The notes: generated by a model not told the origin, from the sequence alone. A DNA stretch of 22,820 nt from Geosiphon pyriformis uo1 (GCA_016748015.1 JAAOMT010000215.1:1-22820), one strand, 5' to 3'. Positions 11,730 through 22,487 are shown, counted from the stretch's first letter. A program made the numbers and translations.

Positions 11730-12340
11730 GATTATCAGATGAGGGAACCCCAAAACTCTTCCCCTCCGATCCAACCCACACAAAAACAAACCTTTCCATC
11801 CGACATCGTAAGTAAGCTTTTGACAAATTCCGACATACACCATTATTTGATTTATTTTGTTTCAGACAATCAAGGTAAGATTTAACTAACTCTTTGCATT
11901 CACCTTTTATATTAAAAATATGATGAGTATGGGTGAACTGGAGAAAAGATTATGGTAGTAAACCCTTCATTATTTTAATGTGTTAATATACCTTGATGAT
12001 CTAATGGAAAACTTCCACGTTCCGGTGGCGTCGTTGTGAATGTCGTAATATTTGGGGGTCTTCCGAAGGCCATACTTTTTAGTTTAAATTGTGAACAGTT
12101 TCTTGAAAAGCTTAAATCAGTAAAACATTATTGTGTTCTGAGTCAATCAAAATTAAAGGGTTTTAATATTTAGGGTGTAGTTGATATAATCAAATTTAGA
12201 GTCCTAAAAACATTGTAATCTGATTTAGCCTTAATTCATCAGTAAAGATAATCACAGCTTTTGAAAATTTGTCAGGTAATAGATTAAAGATCAAAGTATT
12301 CACTCCTAAATCTATTGATTTATATAAAAGTAAAATTTTT
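11730..12340 (+). other. Putative spliced non-coding snoRNA host transcript (ends approximate)
   Basis: Donor GTAAGT at 11808, acceptor TTTCAG at 11865, a 9-nt exon at 11866-11874, donor GTAAGA at 11875 and acceptor TTTAG at 12173. The spliced product yields only an unrecognisable ~40-codon ORF. Confidence 0.45.
11897..12145 (+). ncRNA. Candidate intronic box C/D snoRNA (~220-240 nt, structured)
   Basis: Perfect C box ATGATGA at 11920-11926, internal C'-like TTGATGA at 11993-11999, and D box CTGA at 12138-12141. Several hairpins and raised GC. Lies inside a GTAAGA...TAG intron (11875-12173) with no recognisable coding host. Confidence 0.5.
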
Positions 12341-15300
12341 CACTCAATTTTAGAAACAATATACATTTTTGTGACTTCTTCAGGCTTTGGAATCTGCTCA
12401 TCACCTATATGCAAAATAAAATAAAATAAAATATAATATAATTAAAGACTTTTTTCCTAAAAATTCAAAATTCCTTACCATAAATCGTAGGAACATGATA
12501 CATTTTGATTTGGGTGGCTATCGAATCAACTGATACAGTGGATGTAGGAACAGTCGTGGTTTTGTTATCCGATTCTCCTTCTGGGAGAGTATCCGAAGGC
12601 TCGTTAGTTTCCTTCTTTTTTCCTTTCTTCTTTACCGATTTGCTTGCAGTACTTTTCCCCGTATTTTCTTCCTCTGCCTTTGATGCCATGGTATTGGCTT
12701 TTCCATCTGGAATTCGAATTAAGGAAGGGATATCGTGACCAATGCTAACTTCTACATCAACGATATAATATCCCCGGCGTTCAAATTGTATAATATCCCC
12801 TGGATTATAAAAAAACCATGAACATACTTGATAAAAAATCAAAAGTTAAAGCTGAATCGCATTGAAGTTACCTTTTCTTAATTGTTTAACATTCGCATCT
12901 GCAATTGCTAGATTGCGAAATTCCGAGGTTTTAGTGACAAAATTCTCGACCTCGTCACCCTCTTCCAATTTTTTTTTGTTAATTAAATAGTCGTAGTCGA
13001 GTAAAAGTACTTTGCAAATATCTAGTGTATCGGCTAACCAAGTGATCTTTTTTTTAGTTTTCTTGAAATCTCCTTCCAGATGAAGTTGTAAAGCGATAGA
13101 GGTGATAACTTTATGATCTTGTTGGGATCGATCAATTGATTTAATTATCGCATTACCCCAGTCCATTAAAGTGATCTTGTTAGGAAAAATGATAATTTGT
13201 GTAAATTTGCCATCAACCAACCTGGAATTATTGGAAATTCAATTCATATGACTTATTTACCTCTTCATCGATCTCAAAGGTTTGAGCATCTTCTTGTTCG
13301 ATGAATATTTGTGAGAAATAGGATGTTTGTTTAGTTCCAAGGTCTGGATTTTTCTTATGTTTATTTACATCTTTTACATAAGGGTTTTCGGGGCCACCAA
13401 TGATATTAGCCTTTACCCTATATCAAAAATAGGGTATTTCGAGAAAGGTAAATACTAAAGCGTGTATAAAAATAAATAATTTTAAACCTATTCTTACACA
13501 TTCTCTGTTGCTATAGAAACATGCCTCGGCGCTACCGGGTCAATAATTTTTTTATTGAGAGCCCATAACTTGTCCCACTCGAGCATCACATCATTTTGTG
13601 AAGCACCTTGAGTAAGAATATATTGTTTTAAAGCTTCGACCGTCAAACCCCGTCGAAGAATTCCTAATCAAAAGAAGAAATCCTATATAGGAGATTAAAT
13701 CATAAAATAATTATATAAATAGAGTAGCAGAGAATTTACCGCGAACCGTGGGAAATCGTGGATCATCCCATCCAGAAACAAGACCTTGTTGGACGAACCA
13801 TTGGAGCTTTCGCTTTGAGAGCAGCGTGTATACAAAATTGATGCGGCTGGAACAAGATTTGTAAAAAAAACATTCAAATTTTGTAATCTTCATTTTAACA
13901 TTTAGTTTTGAAATTTTTATCTACCTGAAATCCCAAATATGGACTTTTCGTAATCCCAATGCTTCAAGAAACCAATAATATTGAGCATTACGATCTCGGT
14001 ATTCATTGGTTCTTAAAGCGTGTGTGACACCCTCAATCGAATCAACTATCGGACACGCAAAATCATATGTCGGATAAAGCTTCCATTTGTTTCTAGGAAA
14101 AATATTATATGATTAGTTATTTTTAAGGGGTAAGCGTTGGATAAAGCGTAATAATTACCCAGTACGATGATGGTCTAATATATTGCACCGATAGATAACA
14201 GGATCACGAAGAGCCTTGTTGGGATTTTGCATGTCAATTTTGGCACGTAGACAACAAGTGAGACCCTAATCAAAAGAAGAGTAATTGTGTTTACCACGGA
14301 GTTGAGAAACTTATTTGATAAATTTTTAGGCATGGTAATCTTTATATACAAATTCTGTCCCATCTGTCATCTCTTTGAATCGCCTTATATTTTCCTCAAT
14401 AGATTGATCCCGGGATTTTGAGGCAATACCATTCATGCGTTGGTCACGCATCTAAGAAAAAATGTAAATTTGAGTCAGTTTAAAAGAAAATTTTGTTAAT
14501 CTATTATGGGAGATCATTTTAATACCGTAGCCACATCGGTATCGTCGACATAAGCTAATCCTTTTTTAATAATTTCTAAGGCATATTCATAAAGTTTGTC
14601 AAAGTGATCTGACGTATATGTCACTATATCTGCATGTATACCAAGAAGGGCAAGGTCCTCTCTAATCGAATCTTCAAATTCCCTCTAAAGAAATTGAGTG
14701 AAAATTTTTTGAGATTCGTTCAGGTCACCAAATCAAATAAATATGACAAAATACCTTTTCTTTAGCAGGATTCGTATCGTCAAATCTAACAATCAGTTTT
14801 CCATTATAAGTTCGGGCGAAATACTGATTCAACATGGCGGCTTTTGCGTGACCAATGTGAAGATAACCACTAGGTTCTGGTGGGAAACGCGTAACAACTT
14901 TACCCTGTTCTGCATCTATCAACCCAATATTCATATTGGGTTGATCTGAGCGAGTCTTTAAATTCAATAAGATAATAAATGGAAGGAAAATCAAAGCTAA
15001 AACATCAAATAAAATATTGCAATTTCCTTTCACCTTAATCTTTTCACTTTGATTCCGAATCCAGACAATCGCTTTTTGTGTAAAATCTAATGAACTGATA
15101 TGGTCATACCAGCGAATAAGATGTGTTCCTACATCTTTCCCAGTTTTCAAAAGGCGATTAAACACGGGGGAATCTAAGTAAAAATATTTCTTTACCTTTT
15201 AGGCAATACATGAAACCATCGGTTTGCCGAAAATCGCAAACAAACTGAAACCCCAATTACTCTTTAAAGCCCCCCATATGATAAAATCAGCCAATGAAAC

Positions 15301-15951
15301 TCTATACCCGACGAAGAAGCTTCGCAAGTTAAGATGATAATCTAACTCATCGAATGCAGCTTCAAGCTTTTTAAAATCTTGGGAAGTCAACGTGTCCGAT
15401 GCAAAATCAACCCAGTGATCAATCTATGGGAAAATAGCAAATTAATCAACAATTTCCAGCTATAAATTGCTCGAATAAAAAAATACATGGAAATAAAAAA
15501 GATTTCAATTTTTACGAACTAAAGTGGCCGATAATGCGTTTGCTCCATAAAGTCCCAATGAGGGATACAATCGAGCAAGGTATCTTGTAACAAAACTTGT
15601 TCCACTAATGATATTACTTTAAGGACCAGAAGGCATATTAAGTAAAAATGGATGAAGCTGATTAAAAAGATTATAAAATTTCTCTTTAATTTTCATTACT
15701 TATCAACGAGCAATTCAACGTTTTCTACACTCGATAATTCGGATTTCCATTCGATATCAATTTTTGGGAACTGATTTTGGCCATTGATATAAAAAGTTAA
15801 AGCAGCCGTAGCTTATGTCATCATAATAGTGAATATTTAAATTATTTCCATCGATAAAAATTTAAAATATTTTTGGAGTAAAAAATCTGGGATAAATACC
15901 AAAGGAAACACCAGTTGCTTGTTTCGAAAAATCAATTTGGATATTAGACAT
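12340..15951 (-). CDS. GUS1: Cytosolic glutamyl-tRNA synthetase with N-terminal GST-like domain, 16 exons, ~806 aa
   Basis: Exons 15951-15900, 15811-15700, 15616-15520, 15423-15261, 15173-15034, 14955-14755, 14684-14526, 14451-14350, 14265-14159, 14092-13925, 13846-13740, 13663-13498, 13417-13261, 13175-12872, 12799-12479, 12404-12340 (2421 nt). Motifs: [20 protein letters not shown] (HIGH), [80 protein letters not shown]. Confidence 0.97.
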
Positions 15952-16413
15952 TTTCCGATTTTTAAAGGAACTGATTAAAAGTAATTCTTCATAAGCTTTT
16001 ATTCATAAGTTTTGATATCCGATGATTGGTTATATTTTATTTGGCAAAGCATTAATCATCCCTATTTCATATTAAAACGGATCATGAATCAGCAAAATTT
16101 TCATTGGATTAATAATTTAAAAAATGGGATTTTTAGAAGTTCAAATTTTTCAACTCAAAAAAAAAGTTGAAGCTTTTAATAAAAAGATGGTTTCAATCCA
16201 GTTGCAGCCATTTTCTCCAGTTATTTATTATTATTTTTAATTTTGAAAGAATTAGTTTTTTAAATTTACAAAAAAATATTAAATACTAATTACTTAATTT
16301 TTAAATTTCAATTTGGCTTATCATATATATCTTGTTTTAAATTGAAATGTTACACAACAAATAAAACTTATACTTAATAAAATTAAACATCATTTTTATC
16401 AAATCGTGAATTA
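15952..16413. promoter_or_regulatory. Divergent intergenic promoter region GUS1 / EamA transporter
   Basis: 462 bp between head-to-head ATGs. ATTGG (CCAAT) motifs and RRPE-like AAAATTTTCA at 16094-16103 are present but weakly informative in AT-rich DNA. Confidence 0.35.
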
Positions 16414-18105
16414 ATGGCCTCCTCTTCGCGTCGTTCTTTCTTTGGCATTCAACAAGAAATCACATATCAATTAGGAAGCAACGAACAAAATGCCAAGTCA
16501 CAAAATAATCTCTGGCTTATTATGCTATGTATTTGTGTTGTAGCTTTCGTGATTCAAACGGTATGGCTCTGCATTCTTTCAACTATCCCACTGGAAATTC
16601 CCTCGACTAAATCCTGAACGTTTCGTCGGAAATTTCGTAGGAGATAGCACAGCAAGTACAAACTCAACTACATTTTGATAAACCTTATTTTATTTTGTAC
16701 GTTTTTCTCTTTAAATCAAAAAACCTCGCCTTACTCTTTGTCGTATTTATGTGAATTAAATTTCAGTCGGTGAAGTTACTAAGTTAAAAATCAATTTTTT
16801 AACGGCCAATCAAACAAAAAATTGTGCTCATAGATGGATAGCGCACAGTTGTTACATTATTGTGCTTCCGTTCCAGTTCGCTTTTAATATTTCCCTCGAC
16901 AGCTATTTGAAAAAATTGCTCTCGATCGGGAATGAATTGCGGACAAAGGTTAGAGCTTCCAATCATCACCTGTTTCTTATAGATGAGGAAGGTTTCGAAA
17001 ACCAAGAGGAGATAGATAACGATCGACCTGAGCCGATGTTTCGCGAACTTTCCTTATTTTCGATTTATCACACTTTACTATTGCCTCAACATTGGCTCGC
17101 CGTCACCTATATTCTCAAAATATCTCTAATATTCGCACTTTTTCTATGCTTACCAGCTTATTTCTGGTATATAGCCGTAAATTTGACGAGTATGGCTAAT
17201 CTAACTGCCATTTATAACACGGGTTGCTTCTTCGCCTACTTATTCTCCATCTTGATCTTGGGAGAGCCTGTAAAGGGGATCAAAATTCTGGCGGTCGCTT
17301 TGAGTATTGCGGGAGTTGCTCTTATGTCATATTGGGACGTAAAGCATGAAGGAAATGATAGCGCAACAGATAAAGCTTTGGTTGGAGAAAACGGATCGAC
17401 TTCCGCCGACTTGAAAAATTTATTTCCCCATATCTCAGTTATCGGAAATATAATAGCTTGTCTTGCGGCTGCTTTCAGTGGGCTCTATGAAATTATATAC
17501 AAAAAATATGCTTCACCGGAAATCCCATCAATTCTTTTTGTGAACACAGTTACTGGTTTAATTGGGATTTGCACCTTTTTATTCTTATGGATCCCGATAC
17601 CTCTTTTACATTTGACTGGTATTGAGCCATTTGAGCTCCCGGATTTGAAAACATTTGGTTATATTTTATTGATTGCATTGTCGGGAATAGCGTTCAATGC
17701 AAGCTTTATGCTGGTTATTGCGATTACAAGTCCGGTGAGTTCAAAAAAAAATACTCGTATGATTCGCAATTATTCTGCTAATTTTCACATAGAAATTTAC
17801 TATTCTTGTGATTATGATATTCTGCATTTCGTAGCTCTTTGCTTCGGTTGGTATTATGCTAACAATACCTATTGTAGCCGTGGTATTAATTTAAAAATTT
17901 TCCATTTTCGAAAATTTGTTCTTATGATCTTGGGTTGCTCTAACGTAGAATCACGTTTTAGGTCGATTTATTGATTACGAGAATACCATTGAAAGGTAGC
18001 ACTATTATCGGTAGTCTCGGCATATTAATCTCTTTCGGATTATTAACACGGGCCAATATCCAAGACAATATGGTGACTAAGGAGAACAATGATGATATAG
18101 AATAA
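16414..18105 (+). CDS. EamA/DMT-superfamily transporter, SLC35F/Thi74-like, 5 exons, ~431 aa
   Basis: Exons 16414-16560, 16641-16696, 16834-17734, 17835-17882, 17962-18105. About 10 hydrophobic segments. Motifs: FDKPYFILWIAHS, YFWYIAVNLTSMANLTAIYNTGCFFAYLFS, GLYEIIYKK, LHLTGIEPFELP, TSPLFASVGIMLTIP. Confidence 0.85.
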
Positions 18106-18401
18106 TTAAAAATTTTAAACTAGAGATTTAATGAACTATTAAATTATTATCAATTTCATTGTCGTATCCCGTTTAATGGTGTTATTTTTTAATTTTCTAT
18201 AATTATCCAACATATTTTTCGTCATGTCAATTAAAGAGGATGCCTTGGCATTTCCTTATTTTTTTCCAAGATTACAACCCTTTTTCAGGATTATTTAACT
18301 GCATCGTTGGCACAGCCTCCTCAATCTAAGCGGAGCTGATATAACCGATATTAATCTAATTTTTATCACGAGAAAATACTACTTCAGTGTTCGCATTTTG
18401 A

Positions 18402-19537
18402 TCACCGTAACCCTTTAAGCCTCCAATCCTGAATACTGCTCAAAGCTCTTTGGCCGGTAAAAAAAGCTACGATACTTAAGCCTGCAAGCCAGGTCAAGGT
18501 TTGAAAGATGTTAAGATGTGTCCAATAGTTATAAAAAAGGGTTTCGATGGCGACCAAAGAGATCAGGAAGCTAATTGAAGAGATAATCCCATTTTTGGCG
18601 GTTTTCAAAAACGAAAGATTGACACGGATATAGCTCCACTTTATTTCATTCAGTAATAAATACTAATTAGTATATAATATTGAAGGTAATAAATATCACC
18701 TAATATTTTCGAAGAAAAGCTTACGGTGCCAATCAAGAAAATCCATGGGGTAAGCACGATGATGACAAAACTATAGGTCAGCCAGATTGGTGCCAGGCGC
18801 TCGGATTCCTTAAATATGTGATGGATCTCAGGGAGCGGTCCATACTTAATCGGTGGTGGCAATGATGGTTTCTTTAGGACTTTTATGTGGGCCGTCCCAA
18901 TGGTATATTTTATTGGATGGTTGCTTGAAAAAGTCCCGATTATCAAATCTAGGGTGTAATCTGCGGAAGCCATTATAAGTTCCCTCGGTGCCGATTTCAT
19001 GTCCTATTAATCGAAATTATTGGTGTTACTCATGATTGTGTCTAAACTCTACTTTAAGAAAGTTTTATTTACTAATTCTAGGCGAGCTTTGCCGTTGTCT
19101 CGGACTTGCAGAATCAATACTGCTTGGGCATTGGTTTTTTCGTTGGTTAAAGTGAGGAAAGCTTGATGCGGTTGGTGAAAAACTTTTTCATTCTTCAAGT
19201 CACGAATAGTTAAAATTATCTTTAAGTTATCATCTTCAACAAGTTGTAACGGGGATTCTAACGGAGCTGGATATTCTAAACTTCAATCGTATCGTAAACG
19301 GAGTTAATTTTATACTTTTTTATACAATTTACTTCGGAATACCAAAGTATACATGACTTGGAGCGGAATTCAGTACCTTTCTGATACTCTTCGAACTCCG
19401 TCACTTCCCGTTACTGCCAGTTTAACATTTTTAATGGCATAGTGAATTTCTTCGGCTCTTGTTAAAAACACTGCCGAAAATATAATTGTGTATAATTGCC
19501 ATGATATTATTAAAGAAAAAAGAGAATAGTACTTCAT
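18402..19537 (-). CDS. SWP1: Oligosaccharyltransferase subunit Swp1/ribophorin II (delta), 4 exons, ~294 aa
   Basis: Exons 19537-19377, 19280-19073, 19003-18725, 18638-18402. N-terminal signal peptide; motifs QPHQAFLTL, LDLIIG and YGPLPEIHHIF; three C-terminal TM segments with YWTHLNIFQTL...GQRAL. Confidence 0.92.
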
Positions 19538-19738
19538 TGAGGCCAAAAAGTAAAATTGGTGTTGAGCCTAACGAGGTTGAATAAATAAATAAATCAATGT
19601 TTGCCACGTCTCAAAAGGACTTTCCAATACGGATAGGATCGACGAAATTAGGCATCGCTAAAACAGGTTTTTTATGATAACCGTTAAAAAAAAGTTGATG
19701 TCAAACCTTCGAACACTGTTTCTCGAGTCTAATCAAAA
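19538..19738. promoter_or_regulatory. Compact bidirectional promoter SWP1/YOS9 with UPRE-like GCCACGTC
   Basis: Only 201 bp separate the two divergent ATGs. TTTGCCACGTC lies at 19600-19610, with CCAAT boxes at 19555-19559 (-) and 19624-19628 (+). Confidence 0.5.
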
Positions 19739-21759
19739 ATGCCGTGTTCAAAGTTTTCAAATAAGTTAATCTATTTTGTATTAGTAGTTTTTTCGTTGAA
19801 TTTGATTCAGTCTATTAAGAAGCCATACGTAGGAGCCTTTTCAATTTCATGGGTTTTTGAAGACCTTCTAGCTCACCCACGTTACAAAGTACTAATCGGC
19901 TCACGCTTCGTCGCCGACAGTAGCTTAGACAGTTTCTTTCCCGAGCCACGTGTACCTGAAAAGGTCTGTATGAATTTTAACAAACTATTGGGTTTTTCCA
20001 GTTATCAAAACTCAATCACATTCTTTAAAGGAAACATCAAGTGTAGTTCCCAGCATTCCACATTATATAAAATCTGAAGAAAGGGAGATAGATATAAATC
20101 CCAGCTATGTAGTTATGCGCACTTCTTCTGGGCAAAGATATTTGTGTCAAATACCACCAATAGCTAATAATCCATCAGCGGAAGAAAATAAACCCGAGAC
20201 AAAAAAGCCTGGAGACCTTGAAGTCTTAAAAAAAGGCTTAGAACTTTTAGAACCGATGAAAAAAGAAAATTGCATTTATTTCGTAAGAGGAATTTACTTT
20301 TTATGTTAATGACAAATTCTGCTGAATAGATAAAGAGAACGCATTGATTGGTGAAATTTTTTGCATTGCAATGAAATAAGCATCAGGGTTGGTGGACGTA
20401 TGAATATTGTCATTTAAAGTGAGTGTCCGCCCTGATCATTCCTAAATAGAAAAACTTGAGAAATTCTAACGATTCTACAACCTTTAGACATATACGTCAA
20501 TTTCATCAAATAATTGAAAAAGGGATCGTACCTGTGGAAGATCCTAATTCCCGTTCATATTACTTGGGAAAATATGATCCGAAACAAGCTTCATTGCCTC
20601 ACTCTAATGCAGTTGGTAAAAAGGGAAAGAAACGTTCTCCACCTTTGAGCACGGACTTGCAAGCTGTTGATGAAAAAAAAATATTAGTGTTGCGCTGGAG
20701 TGATGGAACTAATTGTGACTTGACAGGAAAACCACGAAGAGTTGAGATTCAGGTGAATGATCAACTCTTTCAATTAGCGATTTATACTATAATAAATATC
20801 ATCCATTAATTATTGGCTTGATAATTTAGTTTCATTGTAATACTCAACCAAGGGATACTATAGCCTTGATCAAGGAGACCAACACCTGTCAGTATCTAGT
20901 GATGATTCATACGCCGCGGCTTTGCGCTGATCCGGCATTTCTCAGTAAAACTTCGGGAAAAGTTAATGATATAGAATGTAATCCAGTTGTTTCAGATGCC
21001 TTTTATGAGATAAAATTAGAAGAGAGTCAAAAGCGCTTAGAAAGTGGTGGGAATAATCCCCAGAAAACGGAAAATTTAAAGCCAGAGGCTGAGGAACAAG
21101 CAACTAGTTCTGATTCAAGTACTGGAGAAACTAAAGGAGATAAAAGTTCTGGGAGCTCTGATAATCAGGCGAAGGAAACTTCAGATTTGCCCAAGGAGGA
21201 AGGTTCATCCAAGGCAAAATCTCCTGTTAAAGTTGGAGACTTGACTGACGAGGATGTTACCTCTGCTGCCAAGAAAGTTCTGGATCGCTGGCGCGAACAA
21301 ATACGTGTTTTAGGAAATAAGGCGGGATTGCAACTCAAAGATATTGAAATTGAATTTGAAGACGATGATAAAGTTGCAGATGGAATCAAAAGAGGCATGG
21401 GTAAATTCAAAAAAATCAAAGTCTTTTTCTATGATGAAAATGGGCAAGTTACACCAGTGAAAGACGCTGAAGAGCTCTTGCGGAAAATCCAAAAGTTAAG
21501 CAGTACTGATGCCAAAGGGGCGGAAGGAGAGCAAACACAGACAGGATCTGTTGGAACTGATTTTCAGACAATGTTGGAAAAACTAATTGTGGATGAAGCG
21601 GGCAAGATTGGCACGATAACCACTGTAAAGAGAAAAAAGGTCGAGTTCAAACCTTCCGATCAAGAACGACTTAGTAAAATGTACGAAACTGTTTATGAAA
21701 GGGATGAAAATGGGGAACAAACAGAAGACGAACAAGAAAATAGAAAAGCAAAATTGTGA
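19739..21759 (+). CDS. YOS9: OS-9/Yos9 ERAD lectin (MRH/PRKCSH domain), 5 exons, ~569 aa
   Basis: Exons 19739-19963, 20031-20282, 20381-20418, 20488-20752, 20830-21759. Signal peptide; motifs EDLLAHPRY, QRYLCQIP, CIYFHQGWWTYEYCHLKHIRQFH, YYLG, GTNCDLTGKPRRVEIQFHC, IKETNTCQYLVMIHTPRLC. Confidence 0.92.
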
Positions 21760-22120
21760 CACTGTTTATTGTAATTGAGTTATTTTTTTTTTCGGAACAT
21801 TAATCACGGATTTTTGATGCTGCCTTTTCTTATGTTTGCCTTATTAGTTGTGGTCTTTAGCATTTATTTTAATAAATAATTTATATTGGTAAGTTCGCTT
21901 GCCCTGAGTCATGTAACACAAATTAGAGGCAATTTTTGAAATTCATGTGATCGTGCACAATTTTTTATTGATGGCTTTTAAAAAATCATAAATTTTTGGG
22001 TTTTGCAAAATTAGGAATAGAATATAACTATTGAGCACACTTCAATAAAAAAATACCCTGAAATATCGTATCATTACCCGCAAATCAGCCTGAGCAGCAT
22101 AATTCATCAAGTTCTTTGAC

Positions 22121-22487
22121 ATGCTTCGGGCAGTAGCTACTCTATATAGCAGTAAAAATATAGGGAGCCGCATTTTAAGCCCGCCTCTCCGAACTCAAGG
22201 ATCACCTTTCAAACTGAACCTTCTCTTGGGGCCTATTTTCAACAGTTTTAATAGGTCTCCAGTTTCTTCAAACTTGTTGAACTCCTTCGACCAAGTCCAA
22301 ACTCGCTCTGTTAGCTGGCACCCACCACGAAAGTTAAGGCGAAAAACTAAGGCATATCGTGCGTTCCTCAAGGTACGCCCGATAACATTCTCTTTAACCA
22401 ATTAATAACTATATAGCTGATCTTGATGTTTCACAATAGAAAAAATGGAAGAGATTAAAGAAGAACAAACATAGAGGAAGAACATAA
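22121..22487 (+). CDS. Small basic mitochondrial protein, probable mitoribosomal (divergent bL34m-like), 2 exons, 99 aa
   Basis: Exon 1 is 22121-22372, then a GTACGC...TAG intron, then exon 2 at 22440-22487. A ~63-aa S/R/L-rich presequence with almost no acidic residues ends in QTR|S. It is followed by SVSWHPPRKLRRKTKAYRAFLKKKWKRLKKNKHRGRT*. The gene model is solid; the family identity is tentative. Confidence 0.6.

Noticed and set aside
11599-11826. 75-aa minus-strand ORF from the track
   Set aside because: No recognisable motif. It overlaps the putative promoter and first exon of the plus-strand host transcript.
11653-11970. Telomerase RNA template (AACCCTAA at 11654; TAAACCCT at 11959)
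   Set aside because: The first lies upstream of the TATA box and fits a promoter motif better. For the second I see no convincing pseudoknot or CR4/5-like domain.
12226-12256. Resemblance to the U12 snRNA 5' end (GCCTTAA...AGTAAAGATAA)
   Set aside because: The branch-recognition sequence GUAAGGA is not intact, and no downstream stem-loops are evident.
18230-18400. TPP riboswitch in the 3' region or introns of the Thi74-like transporter
   Set aside because: Only loose fragments (CAGGATTAT...CTGC, GCTGATATAACC) are present. The conserved UGAGA, CUGAU and UAAUxCCxGCG core is missing.
1592-22401. Antisense or alternative-frame ORFs in the track (1592-1810, 1739-1957, 7849-8055, 12505-12738, 14743-14949, 16799-17005, 21165-21419, 21310-21492, 22195-22401)
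   Set aside because: They are shadows of real exons with no independent coding signal.
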